A DNA stretch of 64,000 nt from Nannocystis bainbridge (GTDB lineage Bacteria > Myxococcota_A > Polyangia > Nannocystales > Nannocystaceae), in contig NZ_JAQNDL010000002.1 of the NCBI RefSeq assembly GCF_028368995.1, forward strand, positions 64,001 through 128,000, in the 5' to 3' direction. The translations under genes and the position numbers were made by a program. Below the pieces are notes generated by a model. That model saw only the letters and a program-made list of their open reading frames with translations, was not told the DNA's origin and did not search any database. How positions within the stretch are numbered: the first letter of the stretch is position 1; the number at the start of each line of letters is the position of its first letter. Below are positions 32,594 through 46,608 of the stretch, piece by piece.

Positions 32594-33172
32594 ATGGCCG
32601 ACCAGGCGCCATGGCTCCTCGTGGGCCTCGGGAACCCCGGGGCCCGCTACGCGCGCACGCGCCACAACATCGGCTTCATGGCGGTCGACGCCTGGTGCGA
32701 CAAGGCCACGAGCTCACCGAGCTGGTCCGAGAAGTGGAAGGCGCAAGTCGCCACCCTCGGCACCGGCTCTTCGCGCGTCGTGGCCTTGAAGCCGCAGACC
32801 TTCATGAACCGGTCCGGCCAGAGCGTCGTCCCGGCCGCTCAATTCTTGCGCGTGCCGCCGCCGCAGATCCTCGTCGTCCACGACGAGGTCGACTTCCCGC
32901 TCGGTCGCCTGGCGGTCAAGAAGGGCGGGGGTCACGGGGGTCACAATGGCCTGCGTGATATCCTGCAGCTGCTCGGCAACGGCGATTTCCTGCGGATCCG
33001 CCTCGGCATCGGCAGGCCCGTGCACGGCGAGGTCGCCGATCACGTGCTTTCCGACTTCCGGCCCGACGAGGAGCCGGTCGTCGACGACCTGCTCGCCCGC
33101 GCCGTCGCGGCGATCACCAGCGTGACCCGCGAAGGCGTGGTCACGGCGATGAACAAGTTCAACACCACCTGA
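32594..33172 (+). CDS. pth: peptidyl-tRNA hydrolase
   Basis: GLGNPG..Y..TRHNIGF, KPQTFMN.SG, GGHNGL. Confidence 0.97.
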   Translation: MADQAPWLLVGLGNPGARYARTRHNIGFMAVDAWCDKATSSPSWSEKWKAQVATLGTGSSRVVALKPQTFMNRSGQSVVPAAQFLRVPPPQILVVHDEVDFPLGRLAVKKGGGHGGHNGLRDILQLLGNGDFLRIRLGIGRPVHGEVADHVLSDFRPDEEPVVDDLLARAVAAITSVTREGVVTAMNKFNTT

Positions 33173-33271
33173 CCCCTGGCGCCCGTCGCCAGCTCTCCCA
33201 TCCCAGCTTCCCGGCCCTCCGTGCCGGTTTTCCGGCCCCTTGGGGCCCGAGTAAGGACTCCCCCCGTGGAC

Positions 33272-35485
<2,214 letters not shown>

Positions 35486-35616
35486 TTTCCGCCGCGCGGC
35501 CCTCTTGCGGGGGGACGCGTTCGGGGGTACACCTCGCGGCCCGTCCGGATGTTCCGGGCGGGCCGTTTGCTTTGCGGCTCGTCCGCGGGCGAGCGACGAG
35601 GCCCTTCGGGGTCTCC

Positions 35617-35657
35617 CTCCTTGCTCCCATGGTGGGGGCCAGCAAGTCCACAAGGAG
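35617..35657 (+). promoter_or_regulatory. S6:S18 ribosomal leader
   Basis: CTCCTTG pairs with CAAGGAG (the SD); inner hairpin followed by CCA (CCG-like motif), as in known rpsF leaders. Confidence 0.75.
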
Positions 35658-35663
35658 ACTTAC

Positions 35664-36164
35664 ATGTCCGAAAGTACAGTCGGCCAGGTCGTCTCGGTCC
35701 AGTCGCGCAAGGGCACCAAGCGCGAGTACGAGACCGTCATCATCCTTCGGCCCAACGTCAACAAGACCGGCATCCTCGAGCTCGTGCACAAGATGCAGGG
35801 CGTGTTCGAGAAGTACGGCGCGCGTCTCATCAAGATCGAGAACTGGGGCAGCCGTACGCTGGCCTTCCCGATCAAGCGCTCGCCGACCGGCATCTACCTC
35901 TACTGGCGCTTCCTCGGCGGCTCCGACATCGTCCACGAGTTCGAGCGCATCCTGCAGATCGCCGAGTCCGTGCTCCGCTACTACACGGTGCGGGTCGAGG
36001 ACGACGTCGACCCCGACGCGCGGCCCTCGGAGATGACCGAGGACCTGCTGCAGGCGGTGGCCGAGCCGCCGCCCGAGCCGGAGCCGCAGCCAGAGCCGGT
36101 GCGTGAGGAAGAGGATCGCTTCGTCTCTGACGACGGCGATTTCGACGAGGAGAGGAGGCGCTAA
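35664..36164 (+). CDS. rpsF: 30S ribosomal protein S6
   Basis: [21 protein letters not shown], acidic tail. Confidence 0.95.
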   Translation: MSESTVGQVVSVQSRKGTKREYETVIILRPNVNKTGILELVHKMQGVFEKYGARLIKIENWGSRTLAFPIKRSPTGIYLYWRFLGGSDIVHEFERILQIAESVLRYYTVRVEDDVDPDARPSEMTEDLLQAVAEPPPEPEPQPEPVREEEDRFVSDDGDFDEERRR

Positions 36165-36167
36165 GTC

Positions 36168-36404
36168 ATGAGCGAAGAGAAGACATCCCGCCCGAGCAAG
36201 GCCAGCCGTGCTTCGTTGCTCGCCAGCGACAAGACCCTGGTCATCGACTACAAGAACCCGCAGCTGCTGCGCGCCTTCCTCACGGATCGCGGCAAGATCG
36301 TCCCCGCCCGGATCTCCGGCGTGACGGCCAAGCAGCAGCGCCAGATCACCAAGGCGGTCAAGCGCGCGCGCATGCTCGCGTTGCTGCCGTACACGGTGGC
36401 CTGA
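36168..36404 (+). CDS. rpsR: 30S ribosomal protein S18
   Basis: [17 protein letters not shown]....AVKRAR..ALLPY. Confidence 0.96.
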   Translation: MSEEKTSRPSKASRASLLASDKTLVIDYKNPQLLRAFLTDRGKIVPARISGVTAKQQRQITKAVKRARMLALLPYTVA

Positions 36405-36431
36405 CCTCGAGGACAGAAAGGTTAACCGCTC

Positions 36432-36878
36432 ATGTTGGAACTCATCCTTCGCAGCGACGTGCCCGGCCTCGGCCGCGCCGGCGAGGTGGTCAAGGTGCGC
36501 CCGGGTTACGGCCGCAACTACCTCATCCCGCGCGGGTTCGCGCTCGCCGCCACCCGCGGCAACATCGCCCAGCTCGAGCACCAGAAGCGCCTGATCGCCG
36601 CCGAGCAGGCCCGCGTGCTCGCCGAGCACAAGGCGATGGCGCAGAAGCTCAAGGGCGTGTCCGTCTCGATCGCCCGCAAGAAGGGCGGCGAGGGCAAGCT
36701 GTTCGGCTCGGTGTCCACCAAGGACATCGCCGAGGCGCTGGCCAACCAGAACATCACGATCGACCGCAAGCTGATCAAGCTCGACGAGCCGTTCAAGAAC
36801 ATCGGCACCTACGAGGTCCCGGTGCGCTTCAGCGGCGACATCACCGAGACGATCCGCGTCAACGTGGTCGGCGTGTGA
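36432..36878 (+). CDS. rplI: 50S ribosomal protein L9
   Basis: LG..GEVVKVRPGYGRNYLIP, GKLFGSV. Confidence 0.97.
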   Translation: MLELILRSDVPGLGRAGEVVKVRPGYGRNYLIPRGFALAATRGNIAQLEHQKRLIAAEQARVLAEHKAMAQKLKGVSVSIARKKGGEGKLFGSVSTKDIAEALANQNITIDRKLIKLDEPFKNIGTYEVPVRFSGDITETIRVNVVGV

Positions 36879-36921
36879 ACGCCGGGCCGGCCCGTCTCGG
36901 GTCGGTCACGTGAGAAGAAGA

Positions 36922-36956
36922 CGAGGGGTCCGCGATGCGGGCCCCTCGGCGCTTTC
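36922..36956 (+). terminator. hairpin terminator after rplI
   Basis: CGAGGGGTCCGC-GAT-GCGGGCCCCTCG then GCTTT. Confidence 0.6.
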
Positions 36957-37056
36957 GGGAGTCGGTGTGAGCGGCGTCGAGGACGCCGACGATGTCAGCC
37001 GTTCGTCCGCGATGCGGGCGCTCGCGTTGGGCGCCCCGACGAACGCCGCTCGCGGC

Positions 37057-37293
37057 TCACTCGCCTTGCAGGCGCTGGGCGCTGCAGTCGCCCATCAGGC
37101 ACTGGGCCGAGTACACGCCCTTCTGGCCGCAGCCGGCGACGTGATACTTGCCGTAGACCTCGTCGCCGCGGACCTTGAGCTTGTCGGCGTCGCACTTGAA
37201 GTCGGTGGCGGCCTGGGTGCGCGTGACTTTCTCCAGCTTGCCGGCGCAGGCCGAGAGCGTGAGGGCGGCGAGAGCGACGAAGACGTAGCGCAT
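37057..37293 (-). CDS. small Cys-rich lipoprotein
   Basis: MRYVFVALAALTLSAC lipobox; AATDFKC...GCG...Y..C. Confidence 0.7.
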   Translation of the reverse strand: MRYVFVALAALTLSACAGKLEKVTRTQAATDFKCDADKLKVRGDEVYGKYHVAGCGQKGVYSAQCLMGDCSAQRLQGE

Positions 37294-37340
37294 GCCGGTC
37301 ACCTTGCCACGACGGGCCCTGGCGTGAAAGTCTGCCGCAG

Positions 37341-37838
37341 ATGGAGCGCCACTACCTCGCCGACTACGACGCGCTCGGGCTGCCGCCCGACGAAGCGCTG
37401 CGCCGCGTGATCGCTCGCGCCGACGCCGACGCGCAATTCTTCGAAGACCTCGACCGCTTGATGTTCGAGCTCGCGCCGATGACTGCCGACCAGCTCGACT
37501 GTCACGCGCCCAAGTTCGTCGTGGTGGCGATGGACGGCGGAGGCAGCGCTTACGGGCGCTACGTCGACGCCAAGGTCGCACGCACCGTCGGCCTCCCGTG
37601 GGTGATGTGGGATCACGAGGATGACGCGCTCATCTACCTGGCCGACGACACCGCCGCCTTCTTCTCGGGCCTCATCGATTTTCGCCTCCATCACACGCCG
37701 AACGATCCGAGCGCTCGCCGCGTGCGCGCGGTGCTGACGGAGCTCGGGCTAGAGCTCGGCGCGCCGGGCAAGAGCATGCCGGGCTTCCTCGCCGGCAAGC
37801 CCGCCGCGTGGTTGCCGGCGGGCCCGCTGTCGCACTAG
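37341..37838 (+). CDS. SMI1/KNR4 (SUKH)-like protein
   Basis: VAMDGGGSAY ... VMWDHE ... LADDTAAFF pattern. Confidence 0.6.
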   Translation: MERHYLADYDALGLPPDEALRRVIARADADAQFFEDLDRLMFELAPMTADQLDCHAPKFVVVAMDGGGSAYGRYVDAKVARTVGLPWVMWDHEDDALIYLADDTAAFFSGLIDFRLHHTPNDPSARRVRAVLTELGLELGAPGKSMPGFLAGKPAAWLPAGPLSH

Positions 37839-37897
37839 TTGCGCCGCCCGCGTGCTCGACAGCGGGCGCGCGGCTCGTGCATCCTCCGGGGCTGACG

Positions 37898-39313
<1,416 letters not shown>

Positions 39314-39476
39314 GGCCCGCCGGGAGGCGGCCTGGGGGCCACGGGCCGGCGCGGGCCGGGCTGCGCCATCGCCGATCGATCGCCGCGCCGCCCGCAGGAT
39401 CGCCTGAAACGCCAGCAGGGGCCGTTTGTTCGCAACGTAGCGGCGCCGGCGCGGTCCGTGCTAGGTTGTGGGGGCG

Positions 39477-40523
39477 ATGTCGTCGGCACCGACTCAGATC
39501 GGCCCCTACAAGGTCAAAGGCCTCGTCGGCAAGGGGGCCATGGGGGAGGTCTATGAGGGCGTCGACGCCGGCCTCGGTCGGCGGGTGGCGATCAAGATCC
39601 TCGGCAAGAAGCACCGCGAGTCCGAGGAGTTCAAGACGCGGTTCCTCCGCGAGGGCAAGGCCCTGGCGCAGATGAATCACCCCAACGTCGTTGCGGTGTA
39701 CTTCATCGGCGAGCACGAGGACCGGCCCTTCCTGGCGATGGAGTTCCTCGACGGCGAGGACATCGGCGCGATGCTGAAGAAGCGGGGCGCGCTGCACCCG
39801 GGCGACGCGGCGGAGGTCATCCGCCAGGCGGCGATCGGGCTCGCCGAGACCCAGCGAGTGGGCGTCGTACACCGCGACGTGAAGCCGTCGAACCTGGTCG
39901 TGACCTCGACCGGCATCGTCAAGGTGACCGACTTCGGCCTGGCCAAGGCGCTGCAGGAGGACCTGTCGATCACCGCCACCGGCGTGTTCGTCGGCACCCC
40001 CGACTACCTCGCGCCCGAGCAGGCGATGGGCAAGGAGGTCGACGCGCGCGCCGACGTGTACGCGCTCGGCTGCTCGCTGTTTCACATGTGCAGCGGTCAC
40101 CCGCCGTTCCGCAAGGGCGGCCAGGACGACCACTACACCGCCGTGGTGCGCCGCCACCTGCGTTCCGAGCGGCCCGAGCTCAAGTACGAGATCAAGGGCT
40201 TCGACGAGCCGCTGTCCGACCTGTGCCGGCGGATGATGAGCCGCCGCCCCGACGTGCGCCCGTCGTTCGAGGAGCTCAAGGTCGGCCTCACCGAGATCTC
40301 GAAGCGGCTGGGCGGGCAGGTGCCGCCGCGCCACGCCGACGTCGAGCTGCGCTCGCCGGAGGAGATCAGCGAGAAGATCCGGCAAGAGCAGAAGAAGACG
40401 CCGACCGGCATCACGGCCGGGTCGCCGCCGAACGGGGCCACGCGCACGACGATGATCGCGGTCGGCGTCGGTGTGACGATCGGCATCGCCCTCGGCGTTG
40501 TGCTGGCGGTGATGAGCCTGTAG
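39477..40523 (+). CDS. Ser/Thr protein kinase with C-terminal TM anchor
   Basis: GKGAMGEVY, VAIK, HRDVKPSN, DFG, GTPDYLAPE. Confidence 0.93.
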   Translation: MSSAPTQIGPYKVKGLVGKGAMGEVYEGVDAGLGRRVAIKILGKKHRESEEFKTRFLREGKALAQMNHPNVVAVYFIGEHEDRPFLAMEFLDGEDIGAMLKKRGALHPGDAAEVIRQAAIGLAETQRVGVVHRDVKPSNLVVTSTGIVKVTDFGLAKALQEDLSITATGVFVGTPDYLAPEQAMGKEVDARADVYALGCSLFHMCSGHPPFRKGGQDDHYTAVVRRHLRSERPELKYEIKGFDEPLSDLCRRMMSRRPDVRPSFEELKVGLTEISKRLGGQVPPRHADVELRSPEEISEKIRQEQKKTPTGITAGSPPNGATRTTMIAVGVGVTIGIALGVVLAVMSL

Positions 40524-40536
40524 AGCTTGGCTCTGC

Positions 40537-41361
40537 ATGCTCCACTCCGACGACCCGCACTACCACCGCGCCGCCGAACACCTGCGTGAGCGCCTCGAGG
40601 GCGCCAAGATCGACTGGGTCGTAGTGTCCGGCTCCGGCTTCCTCGGCATGGCCGGCTCGGGGCCCGAGGGGCTCGGCTTGACGGTGGAGGGCTCGATCCC
40701 GCTGCGCGGCCTCGGCCTGCCGGTGCCCACGGTCGCCGGCCACGGCAACGCGGTGGTGTTCGGCACCCTCGGCAACCTGCGCGTCGCGGTGCAGACCGGA
40801 CGGATCCACCCCTACGAGGGCCACCCGATCAACGTCGTCACCGCGCCGCTGTGGGCGATGCTGGCCAACGGCGCCCGCGGCGTGTGCCTGACCTGCGCCG
40901 TCGGCGGGCTCGACCCGTCGCTGCGCACCGGCCAGGTGGTGCTGCTCAAGGACCAGATGAACCTGTTCGGCCCGACCCCGCTGGTCGGCGCCCGCTTCAT
41001 CGACATGAGCCAGCTCTACAGCCCGCAGCTGCGCGCGCGCCTGCAGGCGATCGACCCCGGGCTCGGCCCCAGCAGCCTGACCGAGGTGGTCTACGCCCAC
41101 GCCCGCGGGCCGCAGTACGAGACGGCGGCCGAGACGGCGGCCCTGCGCACGCTCGGCGGGCAGGTGGTCGGCATGTCGACGACGTACGAGGCGATCCTCG
41201 CGGCCGCCCACGGCGCGGCGGTGTGCGGCGTCGGCGTGGTCACCAACGCGGCCAGCCAGGTCGGGCTCAACCACGAGGAGGTCCAGGAGCGCACGCGCGC
41301 GGCCAGACCCCAGGTGGCGAGCCTGCTGCGCGGGCTGCTGGCCCAGCCGCCTGGCGCTTGA
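40537..41361 (+). CDS. purine-nucleoside phosphorylase (trimeric type)
   Basis: GRIHPYEG, GPQYET.AE, VGMST..E, VTN.A. Confidence 0.9.
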   Translation: MLHSDDPHYHRAAEHLRERLEGAKIDWVVVSGSGFLGMAGSGPEGLGLTVEGSIPLRGLGLPVPTVAGHGNAVVFGTLGNLRVAVQTGRIHPYEGHPINVVTAPLWAMLANGARGVCLTCAVGGLDPSLRTGQVVLLKDQMNLFGPTPLVGARFIDMSQLYSPQLRARLQAIDPGLGPSSLTEVVYAHARGPQYETAAETAALRTLGGQVVGMSTTYEAILAAAHGAAVCGVGVVTNAASQVGLNHEEVQERTRAARPQVASLLRGLLAQPPGA

Positions 41362-41440
41362 GGCATGTGCCTTCGGGCATGTTCCCTCGGGCATGTCTGA
41401 AGGGGCATGCTCGAGAGGGCATGTCCGAACGCGCAGGCTG
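41361..41440. repeat. 14-bp-period array, 6 units
   Basis: CATG at 41364, 41378, 41392, 41406, 41420 and CAGG at 41434. Confidence 0.9.
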
Positions 41441-41473
41441 CGGAGCGATGCGCGGCCGCCGGAAGGAGCCGCT

Positions 41474-41719
41474 GTGACCGACGAACCCGTGGCCCTGCCC
41501 CGCGCCGAAGCCTGGCGGCTCTATCGCCTGCTCGAGCACCTGAACGCGTTCGCCCACGACCCGATGCACTGGCGCGACCCGCAGGAGGTCGACGCGTGGA
41601 TCACCCCCGAGGTCTACGCGGAGCTGAGGCACGCCTATTACGAGGTCGCAGGCGCGTGGTTCCCCGTCGATCCGGAGACCGGCGAGGTCGTGGGGCCGGA
41701 GCCGGTCGAAGAGGAATGA
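41474..41719 (+). CDS. small hypothetical protein
   Basis: AAGGAG RBS, GTG start, GC3-biased codons. Confidence 0.6.
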   Translation: MTDEPVALPRAEAWRLYRLLEHLNAFAHDPMHWRDPQEVDAWITPEVYAELRHAYYEVAGAWFPVDPETGEVVGPEPVEEE

Positions 41720-41901
41720 CGGCCGCTGGTCGGACGTCGCTGGAGCCGCGCGCGAAGGTCGGCGCCCGCATCGGCGCACGGCGGTGAGCGGCCGTCGGCG
41801 AGGCGAGCGCGAGGTCGGTCCGCGTCGGGTGTATGCGGTGCGCGATGACGCGGCTTGCAGGGGCGGTCGTCGGCGAGCCGCGCGTGGTATGACCGATCGG
41901 C

Positions 41902-42963
41902 GTGAGCCTCAAGCCCGAGCGCATCGCCGCCGCAGCGCGGGCGCGCCAGGTCGCCTTGCTCGGGCTCCTGGCGGCCCGGGCCGACGCGATCGGCGACTCG
42001 CTGGCGCGCACGCACGGGATGGTCGCGTGGGACCGGCACAAGACGATCGGCAAGGTCCAGCGCGGGCTGTGGGGGCTCCGTGAGCAGCGCTTCCACGGGC
42101 TCGGCGGGCCGCCAGCGTGGGTGTGCGAGCGCAAGGACCAGCCGCTCGAGAGCCTGCTGATCGTCAGCTCGCTGCTGCGGCAGGGCCGGCGCGTGCACCT
42201 CGAGGTCGAGGCGGGCGCGAGCGCGGTGGTGCCGGAGCTGCTGACCGAGCTGCGCGACGAGCTGTCGCGCGAGCAGGCCGGCGAGGCGCTGACGATCGGG
42301 GCGGTCGGCGAGGCGAGCCCGGACGAGGTATGCGGGTGGGAGCGCGTCGGGGTGATGCCGGCGCGGCCGCGGGTGGCGGCGGTGCACGCCGACGCCGACC
42401 GCGAGCTGGCCGCGTACGCGCTGGCGCTGTCGGGGCTGCGGCGCGGCGGGGCCGACCCGCGGCGGGTGGTGCAGGCGTTCGTGGCCGGGCCGCTGGAGCG
42501 GCTGGAGCGGCACCTGCACCGGCTGTGGGTCGGGGCGGCGATCGGGCCGCCGGACGATCCGGAGATGTTCGCCGGGCCGGTCGAGCTGGCGCTGGCCGAG
42601 GTGTACCGGGTGGCGCTGGCGGCCTGGTCGGCTGTCCCCGGGGCCAGGGTGCTCTGTCCCGGAGGACAGCTCGAGCGGCCGGGTGACGCTCGCACGTACC
42701 TCGCGCCGGCGCTGCTGCGGGCGCCGCCGATCGAGCCGCCTCCCGCGCACGCGGGGGCGATAGGTCCGCTGGTGGTGCTGCACCCGTGCGAGCCGGCGAC
42801 GCTCGACGCGGCGCTGGCGGCCTGCCGGGCGCGTGGGGACGTGATCCAGCCGATCGGGCCGGAGGCGTGGCGGCAGCAGGTCGGCACGCCGCCGATGGCG
42901 CCGCTGCAGCCGCTGGCGCTGGGCCGCCTGCCGCCCGGGCTGCCCGAGCCGCGACCGACGTGA
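41902..42963 (+). CDS. hypothetical protein with degenerate aldehyde-dehydrogenase-like C-terminal region
   Basis: IGPPDDPEMFAGPV, VLCPGG, YLAPALL, IGPLVVL recall ALDH motifs; no catalytic Cys/Glu motifs. Confidence 0.55.
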   Translation: MSLKPERIAAAARARQVALLGLLAARADAIGDSLARTHGMVAWDRHKTIGKVQRGLWGLREQRFHGLGGPPAWVCERKDQPLESLLIVSSLLRQGRRVHLEVEAGASAVVPELLTELRDELSREQAGEALTIGAVGEASPDEVCGWERVGVMPARPRVAAVHADADRELAAYALALSGLRRGGADPRRVVQAFVAGPLERLERHLHRLWVGAAIGPPDDPEMFAGPVELALAEVYRVALAAWSAVPGARVLCPGGQLERPGDARTYLAPALLRAPPIEPPPAHAGAIGPLVVLHPCEPATLDAALAACRARGDVIQPIGPEAWRQQVGTPPMAPLQPLALGRLPPGLPEPRPT

Positions 42964-42976
42964 GCGACGACGGGCG

Positions 42977-43357
42977 CGAGCCGAGGCGACGGAGCGACGC
43001 GAGGTTGACACCGCGTGGCGGCTGCGCGTGCGCGACGAAGCGACGAAGCGACGAAGCGACGAGCGACGCGAGGATGAGGGGCGCGTCGCGGCTGCTCGTG
43101 CGAGCCGAAGCGACGAAGCGACGAAGCGACGAAGCGACGAGCGACGAAGCGACGAAGCGACGCGAGGATGAGGGGCGCGTCGCGGCTGCTCGTGCGAGCC
43201 GAAGCGACGAAGCGACGAAGCGACGAAGCGACGAAGCGACGAGCGACGAAGCGACGCGAGGATGAGGGGCGCGTCGCGGCTGCGCGCGCGAGCCGAAGCG
43301 ACGAAGCGACGAGCGACGACGCGACGCGAGGATGAAGCGCGAGTCGCGGCTGCGCGA
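42977..43357. repeat. two-tier repeat: GCGACGAA octamer runs separated by about 47-bp double-hairpin units
   Basis: gcgacgcgaggatgaggggcgcgtcgcggctgctcgtgcgagccgaa-type unit at about 43063, 43157, 43251; degenerate copies at about 42994 and 43321. Confidence 0.92.
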
Positions 43358-43560
43358 GGGTCGAAATCTCGAGGGAGGCGCGATCCTTTCGCACGGGACA
43401 GGCGGGCGAATCCGAGGTCGTGGGACGGGGGAGATTCGGGCCGCGCCGGCGGTCCGGGGCGGTCCGCGCGGGAGCGCCGCCGCGGGCCATGGGGCGGCCC
43501 TGCGGGCCCGTGCGGGCGAGCGGCTGACAGCGCAGCCCGGTCGTGCTAGGCGACCCGCCC

Positions 43561-46494
43561 GTGCGAGCCCTCCTCGACGCCGTGCGCGCCGCGTGCAGCC
43601 CCCGCGATTGGTCGCGCGGGGTCGAGCTCGCGCGGGTCGGGGCGGTCGCGGGGGTCCGGCGCGAGCGCGACGAGGTCGTGCTGCGGGTGGCGATCAAGGG
43701 CGCGGGCAAGAGCCCGACGGTCGCGCTCTACCCGGGTGACGCCGAGTGGAGCTGCGACTGCGACGACGCCGGCGAGTGCTGCTTCCACGTGGCGGCGGCG
43801 GCGATCGCCCTCCAGCGCGCGGTCGAGGCCGGCGAGGCGCTGCCGCGGGGCAGCGAGCGCGCGGGCCGGGTCGGCTACCGCCTGCGCCGGGCCGAGGGCG
43901 CGCTCGAGCTGGTGCGCATGCGGGTGTCCGAAGGGACAGGTCCCGAGAGCAAGGAGACGCCGCTCGGGTACAGCCTGGCGGCGATCACCGGCGGCAAGGT
44001 CGAGGGGCCGGGGATCGTGGCGACGGCGGCCGACTTCGAGGTCGAGAGCGCGCTCGGGATCTACAAGCGCGGGCCGCTGGCGCCGGTGATCACGCGCAAG
44101 CTGATCCCCGCGCTGGCCGGCTGCGAGGATGTCACGCTCGACGGCAAGAAGCTCACCGCGGGCGTCGAGCCGGCCGGCTACCACGGGCGGGTGGCGGCGT
44201 TCGAGGGCGGCAAGGGGTTCCGCCTCTACATCGTCCGCGACCCGACGATCACCGAGGTGTTCCCGGCCAGCGGGGTGGTGCTGTGCGGCGAGGTGCTGCG
44301 CTGCTTCGACAACGGCGGGATCGGGCCGAAGGAGGCGGCGGAGCTGCGCGTGGGGCTGCAGTTCACGCCCGAGCGCGCGGGCGAGCTGGTGGCCGAGGCC
44401 ATCCCGGCCCTGCGCGCGCGGGTCAAGGGCTTCCGCGAGAAGACCGACCGCCTGCCGGTGCTGTCCGACGCGCGGCCGCGGGTGGTGTTCGAGGTCGGGC
44501 GCGCGGGCACGGGCATGTCGGTGCTGCCGGTGCTGGTCTACGGGACGCCCGAGTCGGCGCGCGTCGAGGCCGGGCGGCTGGTGATCCACGGGCGCGAGGT
44601 GCCGCGCCGCGACGCGCTGGCCGAGGCCTCGCTGGTGCGGCGGCTCAGCGATCTGGGGCTGCAGTTCGGGCGCACGTCCAGCGCCGTCGGGCCGATGGCG
44701 GTCGGCATGGCCGAGGCGCTGCGCGGGTTCGAGGGCGGCGAGATCGCCGGCGAGTCGCACCGCGAGTTCGTGCGCAAGGGGCCGCTGCACGCCCGCATGA
44801 TCGACGGCGAAGGTGGCCGATTGGGCATTGCCTTCGAGACAGGTTCTTCGGGACATGTCTCGCAGGCCGACGCCCGCCGGGTGATCGAGGCGTGGCAGGC
44901 GGGCGCGAGCGAGGTGGTGCTCGACGACGGCGGGGTCGCGCCGCTGCCGGTCGACTGGCTGTCGCGGTTCGGCACCGAGGTGGCGCTGCTGCTGGCGGCG
45001 CGCGAGCAGGGCAGCACGCCGGCGGCGTGGGCGGGGCCAGCGCTGGCCGAGCTGTGCCGCGCGCTCAACCACCCGCCGCCGCCGGAGCTGGCCGGGCTGG
45101 CGGCGCTGGTCGAGGGCTTCGAGGCGATCCCCGAGACGCGGCTGCCGGACGACCTGCAGGTCGAGCTGCGCCCGTATCAGCGGCGCGGGGTCGACTGGCT
45201 GGCGTTCCTGCGCGAGGCCGGGCTCGGCGGGCTGCTGGCCGACGACATGGGCCTCGGCAAGACGCTGCAGGCGCTGTGCGCGGTGCGCGGGCGGACGCTG
45301 GTGGTCGCGCCGACCAGCGTGATCCACAACTGGGCGGCCGAGGCAGAGAAGTTCCGACCTGGCCTTCGGGTCAGCGTGTACCACGGGCCGAAGCGACGCC
45401 TCGATCCGCAGGCCGACCTCACGTTGACCAGCTACGCGCTGCTGCGACTCGACGCCGAGGCGCTGGCCGGCGAGCGCTGGGACGCGGTGATCCTCGACGA
45501 GGCGCAGGCGATCAAGAACCCCGAGAGCCAGGTCGCGCGGGCGGCGTTCGGGCTGCAGGCCGACTGGTGCCTGGCGATGACGGGCACGCCGGTGGAGAAC
45601 CGCCTCGACGAGCTGTGGAGCCAGATCCACTTCATCAACCCGGGGCTGCTGGGCGGGCGCGCGGACTTCCAGGAGCGGTTCGGGCGGCCGATCGGCGACG
45701 GCGATCAGGCGGCGGCCCGGGCGCTGCGGCGGCGGATCGCGCCGTTCGTGCTGCGCCGGCGCAAGCAAGAGGTGGCGCGCGAGCTGCCGCCGCGCACCGA
45801 GGTGGTGCTGCGCTGCACGCTCGACGCGCGCGAGCGGGCGGTCTACGACGCGGTGCGGGCGGCCACGCACGAGGAAGTGGTGGCCCAGCTGCAGGCCGGC
45901 GGCGGGGTGCTGGCGGCCCTCGAGGCGCTGCTGCGGCTGCGTCAGGCGGCGTGTCACGCGGCCCTGGTGCCGGGCCAGTCGGCGGCGCGCTCGTCGAAGC
46001 TCGACCTGCTGCTGGAGACGCTGGCCGAGGCGATCGCGGAGGGCCACAAGGCGCTGGTGTTCTCGCAGTGGACCAGCCTGCTCGACCTTTGCGAGCCGGG
46101 GCTGAAGGCCGCGGGCCTGTCGTTCTGCCGCCTCGACGGCTCGACGCGCGACCGCGCGGGGGTGGTGAACCGGTTCCAGGATCCGGACGGGCCGCCGGTG
46201 ATGCTGATCTCGCTCAAGGCCGGCGGCACGGGCCTCAACCTGACGGCCGCCGATCACGTGTTCCTGCTCGACCCGTGGTGGAACCCGGCGGTCGAGGACC
46301 AGGCGGCCGACCGGGCCCACCGGATCGGGCAGGAGCGCCCGGTGATCGTGCACCGCCTGGTCGCAGAGGACACGGTGGAGGAGCGGATCCTGGCCCTGCA
46401 GGGGCGCAAGCGGGCGATCGCCCAGGCGGCGCTCGAGGACGCGGCCGGGGCGGCGGCGATCACCCGCAGCGATCTGCTGGCGCTGCTCGAGTGA
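43561..46494 (+). CDS. SWIM zinc finger-SNF2 family helicase
   Basis: WSCDC...[53 protein letters not shown]. Confidence 0.94.
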   Translation: MRALLDAVRAACSPRDWSRGVELARVGAVAGVRRERDEVVLRVAIKGAGKSPTVALYPGDAEWSCDCDDAGECCFHVAAAAIALQRAVEAGEALPRGSERAGRVGYRLRRAEGALELVRMRVSEGTGPESKETPLGYSLAAITGGKVEGPGIVATAADFEVESALGIYKRGPLAPVITRKLIPALAGCEDVTLDGKKLTAGVEPAGYHGRVAAFEGGKGFRLYIVRDPTITEVFPASGVVLCGEVLRCFDNGGIGPKEAAELRVGLQFTPERAGELVAEAIPALRARVKGFREKTDRLPVLSDARPRVVFEVGRAGTGMSVLPVLVYGTPESARVEAGRLVIHGREVPRRDALAEASLVRRLSDLGLQFGRTSSAVGPMAVGMAEALRGFEGGEIAGESHREFVRKGPLHARMIDGEGGRLGIAFETGSSGHVSQADARRVIEAWQAGASEVVLDDGGVAPLPVDWLSRFGTEVALLLAAREQGSTPAAWAGPALAELCRALNHPPPPELAGLAALVEGFEAIPETRLPDDLQVELRPYQRRGVDWLAFLREAGLGGLLADDMGLGKTLQALCAVRGRTLVVAPTSVIHNWAAEAEKFRPGLRVSVYHGPKRRLDPQADLTLTSYALLRLDAEALAGERWDAVILDEAQAIKNPESQVARAAFGLQADWCLAMTGTPVENRLDELWSQIHFINPGLLGGRADFQERFGRPIGDGDQAAARALRRRIAPFVLRRRKQEVARELPPRTEVVLRCTLDARERAVYDAVRAATHEEVVAQLQAGGGVLAALEALLRLRQAACHAALVPGQSAARSSKLDLLLETLAEAIAEGHKALVFSQWTSLLDLCEPGLKAAGLSFCRLDGSTRDRAGVVNRFQDPDGPPVMLISLKAGGTGLNLTAADHVFLLDPWWNPAVEDQAADRAHRIGQERPVIVHRLVAEDTVEERILALQGRKRAIAQAALEDAAGAAAITRSDLLALLE

Positions 46495-46508
46495 TTGCTA
46501 GGTTTTCA

Positions 46509-46588
46509 GGACATGTCGCTCGGGGCATGTCCTTGAGGGCATGTCTCTTTGGAAATGTTTTAATGCGCATGTCCTGAAGGACATGCGC
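46509..46588. repeat. 14-bp-period array, 6 units
   Basis: CATG at 46512, 46526, 46540, (AATG 46554), 46568, 46582; between convergent genes. Confidence 0.9.
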
Positions 46589-46608
46589 ATGCTCGGTGTG
46601 TCCGGGGG

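Noticed and set aside
42977-43357. CRISPR array
   Set aside because: The intervening sequences are octamer repeats, not unique spacers; no cas genes in the window
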